Positions 10,059 through 20,412 of a DNA stretch of 64,000 bases are shown here, piece by piece. A model generated the notes under the pieces. That model ran no database searches, was not told the DNA's origin, and saw only the letters and a list, made by a program, of their open reading frames with translations. Both the position numbers and the translations under genes were made by a program. Source of the DNA: an uncultured Chthonomonadaceae bacterium (GTDB taxonomy: Bacteria; Armatimonadota; Chthonomonadetes; Chthonomonadales; Chthonomonadaceae); assembly GCA_963817895.1 (NCBI GenBank), contig CAWFQB010000005.1:256001-320000 (forward strand), read 5' to 3'. The first letter of the stretch is position 1. Each line of letters starts with the position of its first letter.

Positions 10059-11954
10059 ATGAACAAACTAAACAAACGGAAACTATTTGCGGGCGCAGTC
10101 GCCCTGTTCGCATTGCTCGGCAGTCAGGCTCCGCAGCGTCCCGATATGGTTGTTGCGGATTTCGAGGGCAAGGACTACGGCGGATGGGTGGCAACGGGAA
10201 CCGCCTTTGGAACCGGGCCGGCGCAGGGAACGTTGCCCGGACAGATGGCCGTCAGCGGGTTTCTGGGACATGGCCTTGTCAATTCTTTCGGGGGCAACGA
10301 CAACAAAACGGGAACGCTAACCTCGCCGCCGTTTACCATCACGCGCCATTATCTCAATTTTCTAATTGGCGGCGGCAAGCATCCGGGCGAAACGTGCATG
10401 AACCTGCTTGTGGATGGCAAGGTTGCGCGAACCGCGAGTGGCCCGAACGGACAACCCGGCGGCAGCGAACGGCTGGAATGGCAAACGTGGGATGTGCGCG
10501 AGTTGGAAGGCAAAACCGCGAAACTGGAAATAGTAGACTTCGCGACGGGCGGGTGGGGCCACATCAACATAGATGAGATTACCCTGAGCGACGCGAAAGA
10601 GATGGAAGACGTTAAAACGGACACGCTGTATGAAGAGACGTACCGCCCGCAGTTCCATTTTTCCGCGCAAAAGGGCTGGCTCAACGACCCGAACGGCATG
10701 GTGTTTTACAAGGGCGAGTACCATCTGTTTTTTCAGCACAACCCGTTCGGCCTGCAATCGGGCAATCTCTCGTGGGGCCATGCCGTCAGCAAAGATATGA
10801 CCCACTGGCAGCAGATCGGCAACGCCATCACGCCCGATCAATACGGCGTAATCTGGTCCGGTTCCGCAGTGGTGGATTGGAACAACACGACCGGTTTTGC
10901 CACCGATAAAGAAAAGCCGATTGTCGCCACGTATACGGCAGCCGGGAACCCATTCACGCAGCGCATGGTGTACAGCGTGGATAGAGGCCGGACGTGGACG
11001 AAATTCGCGGGCAACCCGGTTCTGCCGCATATCATCGGCGAAGACCGCGACCCGAAAATAACGTGGTACGCGCCCGGTAAAAAGTGGATACTCGCGCTGT
11101 TTCTGGACAGAGAAGATTACGCCCTGTACTCGTCCCCGAATTTGAAGTCGTGGACGCATCTGCAAACCTTCACAACTCCGGGTTGCGGCGAGTGTCCCGA
11201 CTTTTTTGAGATGCCGATTGAGGGCAAGCCGGGAGAAACGCGCTGGGTGTTCACCGCCGCCAATGGCAAATACCTCGTCGGCACATTCGACGGCAACAAG
11301 TTCACGTATGAGGGAACACCCCTGCAAGTGGATTACGGCGCGAACTATTACGCCGTGCAAACGTTCAGCGACATTCCCAAATCGGACGGGCGGCGTATTC
11401 AGATCGCGTGGATGGCGGGCGGTTCGTACCCGCAAATGCCCTTCAACCAGCAGATGAGTTACCCGTGCGCCATGACCCTGCATGAAACGCCCGAAGGTCT
11501 GCGCATCTTCCGGCAACCCGTGAAGGAAATCTCCACACTATACGGCAAAGAGCAGAAGTGGAGCAATCTGGAACTGAAACCGGGCGACAATCCGCTGCAA
11601 GACGTATCGGGCGAGTTGTGGGACATTCGGGCGGAATTCGAGACGGGCAATGCCACCGCGCTCGGCTTGCGCGTCCGGGGCGAAAACATCCGTTACGACG
11701 TGAACAACAAAACCGTAACGAGTTTGGGCCGAACCGCGCCACTCAAACCGCAAAATCATCATGTCATTCTGCGCGTTCTCGTGGATCGAACGTCATTGGA
11801 AGTGTTCGGTAATCAGGGGCAGGCGTCGCTCACAAGCTGTTTCCTGCCGCGCCAGAAAGACAAATCCCTCGCCGTGTACGCGGAGGGCGGCAACGCCAGA
11901 CTGGTATCGCTATCCATCCATCTGTTGCATTCCGCATGGCAGAAATCGAAATGA
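10059..11954 (+). CDS. glycoside hydrolase family 32 (levanase/beta-fructosidase) with an N-terminal accessory domain
   Basis: Catalytic motifs WLNDPNG, WSGSA, RDP and ECPD; signal peptide. Confidence 0.93.
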   Translation: MNKLNKRKLFAGAVALFALLGSQAPQRPDMVVADFEGKDYGGWVATGTAFGTGPAQGTLPGQMAVSGFLGHGLVNSFGGNDNKTGTLTSPPFTITRHYLNFLIGGGKHPGETCMNLLVDGKVARTASGPNGQPGGSERLEWQTWDVRELEGKTAKLEIVDFATGGWGHINIDEITLSDAKEMEDVKTDTLYEETYRPQFHFSAQKGWLNDPNGMVFYKGEYHLFFQHNPFGLQSGNLSWGHAVSKDMTHWQQIGNAITPDQYGVIWSGSAVVDWNNTTGFATDKEKPIVATYTAAGNPFTQRMVYSVDRGRTWTKFAGNPVLPHIIGEDRDPKITWYAPGKKWILALFLDREDYALYSSPNLKSWTHLQTFTTPGCGECPDFFEMPIEGKPGETRWVFTAANGKYLVGTFDGNKFTYEGTPLQVDYGANYYAVQTFSDIPKSDGRRIQIAWMAGGSYPQMPFNQQMSYPCAMTLHETPEGLRIFRQPVKEISTLYGKEQKWSNLELKPGDNPLQDVSGELWDIRAEFETGNATALGLRVRGENIRYDVNNKTVTSLGRTAPLKPQNHHVILRVLVDRTSLEVFGNQGQASLTSCFLPRQKDKSLAVYAEGGNARLVSLSIHLLHSAWQKSK

Positions 11955-11964
11955 GAGGTACCTG

Positions 11965-12273
11965 TTGCCAACATTTACGCTATGGATCGAGGCAGAGTTA
12001 TGGGGTGATGAATGGAACCCGCAAAACGACAATACGGATGTGATTGCAACGCTGGCAGACGGAAGCCGATGGGTGGCTAGTTTCTTTACCTATGCGAACA
12101 TTCTCTCATTGGCGGAGAAGAACAAAGGTACAGGGGAATGTTTGCAGGGTAGATATTATTGGTCCAGTGACATGATACTGGTGGATGAGGTGAGCCGAGG
12201 GCGGATTGAGGAGGTTGTTGCTCACCTGATTGCCGAAGGAGAGTTTGAACACATATTTAGCCGATGTGAATAG
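11965..12273 (+). CDS. hypothetical protein (about 102 aa)
   Basis: TTG start after GAGAGG; globular-looking sequence DNTDVIATLADGSRWVASFFTY. Confidence 0.6.
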   Translation: MPTFTLWIEAELWGDEWNPQNDNTDVIATLADGSRWVASFFTYANILSLAEKNKGTGECLQGRYYWSSDMILVDEVSRGRIEEVVAHLIAEGEFEHIFSRCE

Positions 12274-12291
12274 CTGAGAGCAGGTTAGATT

Positions 12292-12705
12292 TTGGAAGAC
12301 CCTACTACATTCTACATTTTTGCTAAAGTAGAAAAGATACACACCCAAGAGTGCATAGAGTGGATCCGGGTACATCAGCGTCCGAGTACCGTCTTGAAAA
12401 ACCATGAAAAATACTTGATGGGCATCAATCAGGAGAAAGATATACCTCTATTACTCGGTGTTGGTTGGCTGGATGTTCTCTCCTTCCGCCAAAACCCTCC
12501 ACATTGGTGTCAATCGTGGAGTATCCATGATGAAATGAGCTGTCCTAATGAACCAGGCTACGGTTTTTGCAGCAAACATCAGCTTCATTATGGAAACGGC
12601 TCTTATGGCTGTGGCGTATGTTTTGGTGATTACAAATGGAAAACCGGTCCGCTACGACTGTATGATAGAGTGAACAAATATATGGCACGGTTCAGGAGTA
12701 TATAG
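12292..12705 (+). CDS. hypothetical protein, AT-rich, with a Cys/His cluster
   Basis: ORF fills the intergenic gap; C-terminal C..FCSKH..CGVC. Confidence 0.45.
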   Translation: MEDPTTFYIFAKVEKIHTQECIEWIRVHQRPSTVLKNHEKYLMGINQEKDIPLLLGVGWLDVLSFRQNPPHWCQSWSIHDEMSCPNEPGYGFCSKHQLHYGNGSYGCGVCFGDYKWKTGPLRLYDRVNKYMARFRSI

Positions 12706-12750
12706 TCCGAACATGCCCTCTCATCTGTAACTTCTAACAACCTAAAACCC

Positions 12751-14473
12751 ATGACAGACATTCTCCCCGAACTGAATAATGACCGGATGCCGGAACTGGT
12801 AATGCGGTATGAAGCGGACTGGAACAGCTTGCAGCGGTTGTTTACGGCCCCGTATTCGCCGCGTCGCCGCGAACGTTTGCTCCGGTTTCTGGCGGAATGG
12901 CAGGTTGCGCTGGAAGCCGTTCCGTTCGACGCGCTGACCCGAAGCGATCAGGCGGATTGGGTGCTGCTGTCCCGCCTGCTGGAACGCGAAAACCTGCATC
13001 TGATGCGGGAGGAACAGCAGTTTGAGGAGATGGAACCCCTTCTGCCCTTTGCCGCCGCGCTGATTGGTCTGGAAGACGACCGCCGCGAACTGAAGGATGT
13101 CGAGGCGTCTTCGACGGCGCGGTTGCTGGCGCAGGCGATGGAAGCAATGAAACACGCGCAAACACGCTTGCAGGCCGAACTGGAAACGCGCAAAACCGAG
13201 CCAAAGGCGCAAAGTCAGTGGGACGCCGACATTGCGGAGGATGCGCCCCACTGGAAACCCACTGTCGCTAATCGCGCCGCCGGTCTGCTGGACAAAATCC
13301 GTGACATGCTGGCAAACTGGTTCGGGTTTTATCACGCTTATGATCCGCTGTTTACGTGGTGGGTGGAAAAGCCGTACCGCGCGCTGAACACGCAGTTGGA
13401 GGAATTCAGCGCGTTTGTGCGCAAAGAAATCGCCGGAGCGGAGGACGAAGACGCGATTATCGGCGATCCGCTTGGCCGCGCCGCCCTGCTCGAAGAACTA
13501 AACCGCGCCCTCATCCCCTACTCGCCCGAAGAACTGATTGCCATCGGGCGTAAGGAGATGAACTGGTGTCTGCGTGAAATGCACCGCGCCTCGGAAGAAC
13601 TCGGTTTTGGCGAGGATTGGCGCAGGGCGGTGGAGCATGTGAAAACGCTGCACGTCGCGCCCGGACAGCAGCCCGCCCTCGCGCGCGAACTGGCGCGGGA
13701 AGCCGAAGCGTATGTTCAGGAAAACGATCTGGTTACGGTTCCGCCGCTTGCTATCGAATCGTGGCGCATGGAGATGATGTCACCGGAACGGCAAAAAATC
13801 AACCCGTTCTTTCTTGGCGGCGAAGAGATCATTGTTTCGTTCCCGACCCATGACATGGAGGATGCGCAAAAGCGCATGAGTCTGCGCGGCAACAATCGCC
13901 ACTTTGCCCGCGCCACCGTGCAGCACGAACTCATTCCCGGCCACCACCTGCAAATGTTCTCGCAGGAGCGTTTTCGCCCGTACCGCCGTATCTTCTATAC
14001 CCCCTTCTGGACGGAGGGCTGGACGCTGCACTGGGAAATGCTGCTATGGGATTTGGGCTTCGCGCAAACGCCGGAAGACCGCATCGGCATGTTGTTCTGG
14101 CGGATGCACCGCTGCGCCCGCGTGTCTTTTTCCCTGAGTTTTCATCTTGGGCAAATGACGCCCCACGAGTGCGTCGAAATGCTCGTCAACGATGTCGGCC
14201 ACGAGTTGGACAACGCCATTGCCGAAGTCCGCCGTTCGTTCGGCGGCGATTATGATCCGCTGTACCAGTGCGCGTATCTCATCGGCGGCCTGCAAGTCCG
14301 CGCCCTGCATCGGGAGTTAGTGGAAACGGGAACGATGACGCGCCGCGAGTTCCACGATACTATGCCTGGGCGCAAACTGTATGCCCATTGCCGTTCTCCG
14401 CGCCCTGCTGACAAACGAGAAGATTACGCGCGAGTTTCCGAACAATTGGCGGTTTTATCCGAATTCACTGTAG
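12751..14473 (+). CDS. DUF885 family protein; frameshift near 14365
   Basis: HELIPGHHLQ, WTEGW, DPLYQCAYLIG. An alternative frame gives a plausible C-terminus NCMPIAVLRALLT...WRFYPNSL* ending at 14473, just before a repeat element. Confidence 0.8.
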
Positions 14474-14481
14474 GCATGTCC

Positions 14482-14618
14482 ATTGTCTTGAACCCGGATT
14501 TTCAGGATTATGGGATTAACAGGATGTGCCAACTGTTCAAATTTCCCATTGAGCTGGCAATCTCACACCTTGAAATCCTGTTAATCCATTAATCCTGAAA
14601 ATCCGGGTTCAAGACAAT
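14482..14618. repeat. inverted-repeat element with ATTGTCTTGAACC termini
   Basis: ATTGTCTTGAACCCGGATTTTCAGGATTA ... TAATCCTGAAAATCCGGGTTCAAGACAAT. Confidence 0.85.
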
Positions 14619-14638
14619 CCGTTATCGAGAAACCTCAA

Positions 14639-16759
14639 ATGAACTCTCATTTCGTTGCAAAACTACTGCCTTGCTGCCTGCTTCTTCTGGCTGGACTGTC
14701 GGCAGAAACCGCCTTTGCTGCTCCGGTTTCGGCGGCGGAAACGGCGCGACTGGCGTCGCTTGATCTTTCGGCTGTCGAGCAGGGTTTCGGCAAGCCGCAG
14801 ATAGATAAATCCGTTGATATGCACCCCCTTTCCATAGCGGGACGTCACTTTGAGCATGGATTGGGGACGCACTCGCCGGGAGATATGCTGATTGACCTGA
14901 ACGGCGGCGCGACACGGTTTACCGCCTGGGTCGGCATTGATGATGAGACGAATAAGCGGGGCAGCGCGGAGTTTCAGATTGTCGGGGATGGCAAACTGCT
15001 GTGGAGCAGCGGCGTGATGCGCGGCGGGCAGGAACCCAAACGGGCGGATATAGATGTGACGGGCGTTCAGCAAATTGCTCTGATTGTCGGGGATGCGGGC
15101 GACGGGTACGAGTACGATCACGCGGATTGGGCGGATGCGGAGTTTACCTTTACGGGCGCAGCGCCAAAAGCCATCAAACTCGCGCCCTCCAACCCGACTG
15201 TCGCGCCTACTGCCGAGCCGGACAAACCGCAGATAACCGTTCCCGGCATTATCGGCATCCGTCTGAACACGCCCGTTCTGTTCACCGTCAGCGCGGTGGG
15301 ACAGCCGCCCATACGCTACGCGGCAAAAGGACTGCCGCGCGGCCTGAATCTGGACGCGGAAACGGGACAGATACGCGGCACGGTTACGCAAGTAGGAACC
15401 CATACGCTGACCGTAACCGCGAAAAACGCGATGGGAACCGATTCGCGCAAAATTCAACTTGTCGCAGGCGATACCGTGTGCCTGACGCCGCCTTTGGGTT
15501 GGAACAGCTACGATTGCTTTGGCGACAACGTGGTTGAATCGGAGATTCTGGCAAACGCCCGCTACGCGCATGACAATCTGCTGCCGCACGGTTGGGAATA
15601 TATCATTGTAGATTACCGCTGGTACGATCCCAACGCCGCCACACCGCCCAACAATCCCAATGCGCATAAAGACGCGATCCTGACAATGGATCAGTACGGC
15701 AGATTGGAACCCGCGCCCAACCGCTTCCCGTCCGCAGCCAATGGCAAGGGCTTCAAACCGCTTGCGGACACGATTCACGGCATGGGCTTGAAATTCGGTA
15801 TCCACATCATGCGCGGTATTCCCCGGCAGGCCGTGAAGCAGAATGTGCCGATTGAAGGCTCTGCATTTCACGCCGCTGACGCCGCGAAAACCGCAAGCGT
15901 TTGCCCGTGGTGTCCCGATATGTATGGGGTGGATACGTCGCAACCGGCGGGGCAGGCGTGGTACGATTCGATTTTACGGCAGTACGCCAGTTGGGGCGTG
16001 GACTATATCAAGGTGGATGACATGTCCGCGCCCTATTCCGCCGGGGAAATCGAGGCTGTCCGCAAAGCCATAGATAAATGCGGACGGGCGATTGCGTTCA
16101 GCCTGTCGCCCGGAGATACGCCCGTCGAGCAGGCCAAACATGTGCAGGCCAACGCCAACCTGTGGCGCATATCGGGCGATTTTTGGGACGAGTGGGGCGC
16201 GGTCAGTCACCAGTTCGATCTGATTTCGCGCTGGCAGGGCAATGGCGGGCCGGGAAGGTGGCCGGACGCGGACATGATTCCGCTCGGCCATTTGTCCGTC
16301 GGCAATCGCAGCGTCGGCAATGACCGAACCACGCGCCTGACCAGAGACGAGCAGCTTACCATGATGTCGCTGTGGGCCATCGCGCCATCGCCCCTGATGC
16401 TCGGCATGAACCTGCCCGACAACGACGCCTGGACGCTCTCCCTGCTGACCAACGACGAGGTTCTGGCAATCAATCAGGACAAAGCCGGCAAGCAGGCGGT
16501 TCGTCTGCCGCAGCCGACAGGGATAGCGGGAACGGAAATCTGGACGCGCGCAATGGCGGACGGTTCGCATGTCATCGGCCTGTTCAACCGACTGCGCGTA
16601 TCCATGCCCGTTCATATCCGCTGGTCCGAAATTGGGCTGGCGAAAGTGAAAACCGTGCGCGACGTGTGGCAGCGCAAAGATTTGCCCGTTTCGGCGGATG
16701 AAATGGAAACAACCGTCGGGCCGCACGGAGCCATGCTGTTCCGCATAACCACGCATTGA
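14639..16759 (+). CDS. GH27 alpha-galactosidase-like protein with NPCBM and Ig-like domains
   Basis: Signal peptide; NPCBM (GLGTHS...DHADWADA); Ig-like GLPRGLNLD; TPPLGWNS; WGVDYIKVD; WRISGD; WPDADM. Confidence 0.92.
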   Translation: MNSHFVAKLLPCCLLLLAGLSAETAFAAPVSAAETARLASLDLSAVEQGFGKPQIDKSVDMHPLSIAGRHFEHGLGTHSPGDMLIDLNGGATRFTAWVGIDDETNKRGSAEFQIVGDGKLLWSSGVMRGGQEPKRADIDVTGVQQIALIVGDAGDGYEYDHADWADAEFTFTGAAPKAIKLAPSNPTVAPTAEPDKPQITVPGIIGIRLNTPVLFTVSAVGQPPIRYAAKGLPRGLNLDAETGQIRGTVTQVGTHTLTVTAKNAMGTDSRKIQLVAGDTVCLTPPLGWNSYDCFGDNVVESEILANARYAHDNLLPHGWEYIIVDYRWYDPNAATPPNNPNAHKDAILTMDQYGRLEPAPNRFPSAANGKGFKPLADTIHGMGLKFGIHIMRGIPRQAVKQNVPIEGSAFHAADAAKTASVCPWCPDMYGVDTSQPAGQAWYDSILRQYASWGVDYIKVDDMSAPYSAGEIEAVRKAIDKCGRAIAFSLSPGDTPVEQAKHVQANANLWRISGDFWDEWGAVSHQFDLISRWQGNGGPGRWPDADMIPLGHLSVGNRSVGNDRTTRLTRDEQLTMMSLWAIAPSPLMLGMNLPDNDAWTLSLLTNDEVLAINQDKAGKQAVRLPQPTGIAGTEIWTRAMADGSHVIGLFNRLRVSMPVHIRWSEIGLAKVKTVRDVWQRKDLPVSADEMETTVGPHGAMLFRITTH

Positions 16760-16801
16760 GAAGAATTTAGCCGCGAATGAACGCGAATAAATGAGAATTC
16801 A

Positions 16802-18736
16802 ATGGGAACCAGCCACTCCACCAACAACTTCGACGCGACGGCGCAACTGCTGCGAGAGTACCGACACGAAGCGCAACGCGAGGAAGTTATTCGTTCCATC
16901 GTCGCCGCGCAGACGCCGGATACCGCCGCCCGCCTGATCCGCGCCGCCCTCTGGCACAAAGACGGTGCAAACGCCGTAACGGGCTATATGCCGAGCGAGT
17001 ATGAACACATACTGCGCCGCGACCTACTACTGACGGTGCGTTGCCTCGGTGATTGCGCCGGTATCGAGCCGACGCTGGCGCGCGAAATCGCTGACGAATT
17101 GACGGCCATCTGCCTGAACCGCAGTTCCAAAGGCAACTACTATCCCCTGCGTCGGCGCGTTCTTGCGCTTTTGCCCCTGCTGGCGTCCGGCGCAATCGGA
17201 CAGGAGATGCAGAGGCGCTTGCTGACACCCCTCATGGATGAAGACGAGCGAGTACGAGAGGATGCCATAGAAACCCTGGCGCAATTGGGCAGTGTTTCTG
17301 AGGACGTCGTTGCCGTCTTGTTTCACCTCCTGCGCGATGAATACTGGGATATATACCATAAAACGGCTAAACTACTGGGAAAATTGGGCAATGAATCCGA
17401 GGAGATTGTAACCGCCCTGCTCGGCCTGCTCCACGATGAAGACAGCAATACGCGGGAAGGCGCGGTACGCGCGCTAGGTGAATTGCAGAACGCCCCGGAA
17501 AGCGTTCTTGCGGCTCTGCTTCCTCTCATTCACGATACAGAGTGGAGCGTACGCAATACGGTAGTGACGGTCTTAGGAGATATAGGCGGCGCTTCGGAAA
17601 GCGTGGTGGCGGCACTCCTTAATCTCCTCCATGGTAAAGAAGGCCGTGAGCGTATCCAAGTCCAATGTGTGTTGGGGCGGTTGCACAATCCTTCTGAGAG
17701 TCTTATTACCGCCCTGCTTGATCTCCTGAATGACAAGGACAGCGAAGTACGGCAGAGTGTGACAGACGTATTAGGGGACATGGGAAACGTCTCACAGCGC
17801 GCTGTCACGGCTCTGCTCAGTCTCTCTCAGGATGAAGACAGGGATGTACGCTGGAGAGCCGCAAGCAGTTTGGGGGATTTGGAGAACGCTTCCGAGGACG
17901 TGTTGAACGCGCTGCTTGATTGCCTCCAGGATGAAGACTGGTATGTGCGGCAGCAGGCGGTACAAGCGTTAACGCAGTTGGGCAACGCCTCTGAGAATGT
18001 CATAACGCGCCTGCTGACCTGTTTGCAGGATGAATACTGGAAGGTGCGAGAAATGGCAGCCATCGCGCTGGAGCAGTTGGGCAATTCCTCGGCAAGTGTT
18101 ATCACGGCCCTGCTCAACCTCCTGCACGACGAAAACAGCGATGTACGCGCAAGCGCAGTAGACGCCTTAGCACAGTTGGGCAGCGACTCGACAGACGCGC
18201 TAATCGCCATACTTCCCCTGCTTTCAGATGAGGATATGGGGTACAAGGTGGTAGAGGTACTGGATCGGTGGGGCGGCGTGACTGAGGACGTAGTTATCGT
18301 CTTGCTCGAACTCCTGCGCGATGGAGAGGAAATCATGCGGGAGAGGGCAGCCGCAGGGTTAGGGCGCCTGGGAAACGCTTCGAAGGAAGTTATGACGGCG
18401 CTGCTTGATTGCACTCAGGACGAAGATTGCGACGCGCGGCAGAGCGCGGCAGAATCATTGGTTCGCCTGGGGAACGGCTCGGAGAGCGTCCTGACGATGC
18501 TGCTCAACCTCACGCGCGATGACTATAGCGGGGTACGGGAGAGTGTGGCAGAGATGTTAGGAAAGTTGGGCAACGCTTCCGCAAGCGTCGTTACGGCTCT
18601 GCTCAATCTCCTCGCAGATGAATACTGGCATGTGCGAAATGCGGCGTGGGAAGCGTTGTGGACGTTGACGAGTGACCGGGAGTTTCTACCCTCATCCGGC
18701 CTTCGGCCACCTTCTCCCTGCAAGGGAGAAGGCTAA
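16802..18736 (+). CDS. HEAT-repeat protein
   Basis: Many ~33-aa repeats of the form LLxLLxDExWxVRxxAxxALGxLGNASExV. Confidence 0.9.
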   Translation: MGTSHSTNNFDATAQLLREYRHEAQREEVIRSIVAAQTPDTAARLIRAALWHKDGANAVTGYMPSEYEHILRRDLLLTVRCLGDCAGIEPTLAREIADELTAICLNRSSKGNYYPLRRRVLALLPLLASGAIGQEMQRRLLTPLMDEDERVREDAIETLAQLGSVSEDVVAVLFHLLRDEYWDIYHKTAKLLGKLGNESEEIVTALLGLLHDEDSNTREGAVRALGELQNAPESVLAALLPLIHDTEWSVRNTVVTVLGDIGGASESVVAALLNLLHGKEGRERIQVQCVLGRLHNPSESLITALLDLLNDKDSEVRQSVTDVLGDMGNVSQRAVTALLSLSQDEDRDVRWRAASSLGDLENASEDVLNALLDCLQDEDWYVRQQAVQALTQLGNASENVITRLLTCLQDEYWKVREMAAIALEQLGNSSASVITALLNLLHDENSDVRASAVDALAQLGSDSTDALIAILPLLSDEDMGYKVVEVLDRWGGVTEDVVIVLLELLRDGEEIMRERAAAGLGRLGNASKEVMTALLDCTQDEDCDARQSAAESLVRLGNGSESVLTMLLNLTRDDYSGVRESVAEMLGKLGNASASVVTALLNLLADEYWHVRNAAWEALWTLTSDREFLPSSGLRPPSPCKGEG

Positions 18737-18881
18737 ATTGTTCAATGTACAGTTGAACAGAAGGCCGGGGCCGAAATGAAAAATCCATACGCCTAAAATA
18801 GAGTTTAATCAACCCACCAGACTGCCAAATTAGCCTTCTCCCTTGCAGGGAGAAGGTGGCCGAAGGCCGGATGAGGGTAGA
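18685..18881. repeat. MITE/REPIN-like inverted-repeat element, copy 1
   Basis: Arm CTACCCTCATCCGGCCTTCGGCCACCTTCTCCCTGCAAGGGAGAAGG and its reverse complement flank a ~100-bp spacer; homologous to 55199-55390. Confidence 0.9.
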
Positions 18882-18985
18882 TACTGCCTTGGATGCGGCA
18901 GGAATTTTACCTTTGCGTAGCGAAAAGTCGCGTACGACTGCCAATCGTTTGCAGCAACACACTCAAACCACGACAGGAGAGATTC

Positions 18986-20293
18986 ATGAGCCTACCAACC
19001 GACCCTTCCGATACGCCCCCATCCCGTCGGGACTTTCTCAAAACTACGACCACGACCGGCGCGGCGGCGGCTTTGCTGGCGACAGGCAATTACGCGTATC
19101 CGCAGGGCGCGAAGAAACTGAATGTCGGCCTCATTGGATGCGGCGGGCGTGGCACGGGCGCGGCGGCGCAGGCGCTCAATGCCGACCCGGACACGATTTT
19201 AACGGCTATGGGCGATGTGGCGCAATCGCAGATAGACAACAGCCTGAACGCGCTGAAGGGCGAAGCGTCGGTTGCAAGCCGGGTGAAGCCCGCGCCCGAT
19301 CACTGCTTTGTCGGACTGGACAGTTACAAAAAGGTGCTGGACAGCGGCGTGGACGTGGTTTTGCTTGCCACGCCGCCGGGGTTTCGCCCGCAGCACATCA
19401 TTGCCGCTGTGGACGCGGGCAAGCATGTGTTTGCCGAAAAACCGATGGGGACGGATGCCGTCAATGTCCACGCCGCGCTGGAAGCGGCGAAACGGGCCAA
19501 AGCCAAAAACCTCGCGTTTGTGTCCGGCTTCTGCTGGCGGTACAATCCTCCCCACCGCGCGCTGTATCAGCGTATACACGAGGGCGCTATAGGGCAGGTT
19601 CGGGCGGTTCACGCCACCTATCTGACCGGACCGGTCAAGCCGATGCCGCCCGCCAATACCCGACCGGCAGGCATGAGCGACGTGGAGTGGCAGGTGCGCA
19701 ACTGGTACAACTTCGTGTGGCTGTCGGGTGACGGGCTGATCGAACAGGCGTGTCATAGCATTGATAAGATTCTGTGGGCGATGAACGACGTTCCGCCGAT
19801 GCGATGCGTGGCGACGGGTGGGCGCGTTTTGCCCAATAACGAGGGCAACATTTACGACCACATTGACGTGTTTTACGAGTGGGCGGATGGCAGGCGGGCA
19901 ACGATGGCGCAACGCCAAATCCCCTGCCCCTACAACGACAACTCGGATTTCATTACGGGCGCGAAAGGCGAGGGAATCATCAAGGGCGGCAGCGTGGAGA
20001 TACGTGGCGAAACCGCGTGGAAATACGAAGGGCCGCAAAAGAACATGTATCAGGTGGAGCATGACGAACTGTTCGCGTCCATCCGCAAAAACATGCCGCT
20101 CAACGACGGCGAGCGCATGGCGCAAAGCACCCTTGTGGGCCTGATGGGGCGCATGGCCGCGTACACGGGCGAAGAGATTACGTGGGAGCAGATGCTGAAG
20201 TCGCAGGAACGGCTTGTCCCCGTCAAACTGGAATGGAACATGAGCCTGCCGATTGCGCCCCTCGCCATTCCCGGCAAAAACACGTTTGTATGA
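18986..20293 (+). CDS. Tat-exported Gfo/Idh/MocA oxidoreductase
   Basis: Twin-arginine SRRDFLK; GLIGCGGRG; HVFAEKP. Confidence 0.92.
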   Translation: MSLPTDPSDTPPSRRDFLKTTTTTGAAAALLATGNYAYPQGAKKLNVGLIGCGGRGTGAAAQALNADPDTILTAMGDVAQSQIDNSLNALKGEASVASRVKPAPDHCFVGLDSYKKVLDSGVDVVLLATPPGFRPQHIIAAVDAGKHVFAEKPMGTDAVNVHAALEAAKRAKAKNLAFVSGFCWRYNPPHRALYQRIHEGAIGQVRAVHATYLTGPVKPMPPANTRPAGMSDVEWQVRNWYNFVWLSGDGLIEQACHSIDKILWAMNDVPPMRCVATGGRVLPNNEGNIYDHIDVFYEWADGRRATMAQRQIPCPYNDNSDFITGAKGEGIIKGGSVEIRGETAWKYEGPQKNMYQVEHDELFASIRKNMPLNDGERMAQSTLVGLMGRMAAYTGEEITWEQMLKSQERLVPVKLEWNMSLPIAPLAIPGKNTFV

Positions 20294-20300
20294 CGGTTTG

Positions 20301-20412
20301 TAACTTTTCACCACCAAGACGCCAAGAACACTAAGAAATACGAAGAGGAAGAAGCAAATCCTGTTCTTTTCTTTTCTCTTGGTGTTCTTGGCGTCTTGGT
20401 GGTGAAAAGTTA
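20301..20412. repeat. inverted repeat built of 9-mer units between convergent genes; possible bidirectional terminator
   Basis: TAACTTTTCACCACCAAGACGCCAAGAACAC ... GTGTTCTTGGCGTCTTGGTGGTGAAAAGTTA. Confidence 0.85.

Noticed and set aside
14474..14592. C-terminal extension of the DUF885 ORF to 14592
   Set aside because: It results from a frameshift and reads through an inverted-repeat element.
17230..18660. ~99-bp periodic DNA repeats resembling an array
   Set aside because: They are the coding HEAT repeats; there is no constant repeat with unique spacers and no cas genes, so this is not CRISPR.
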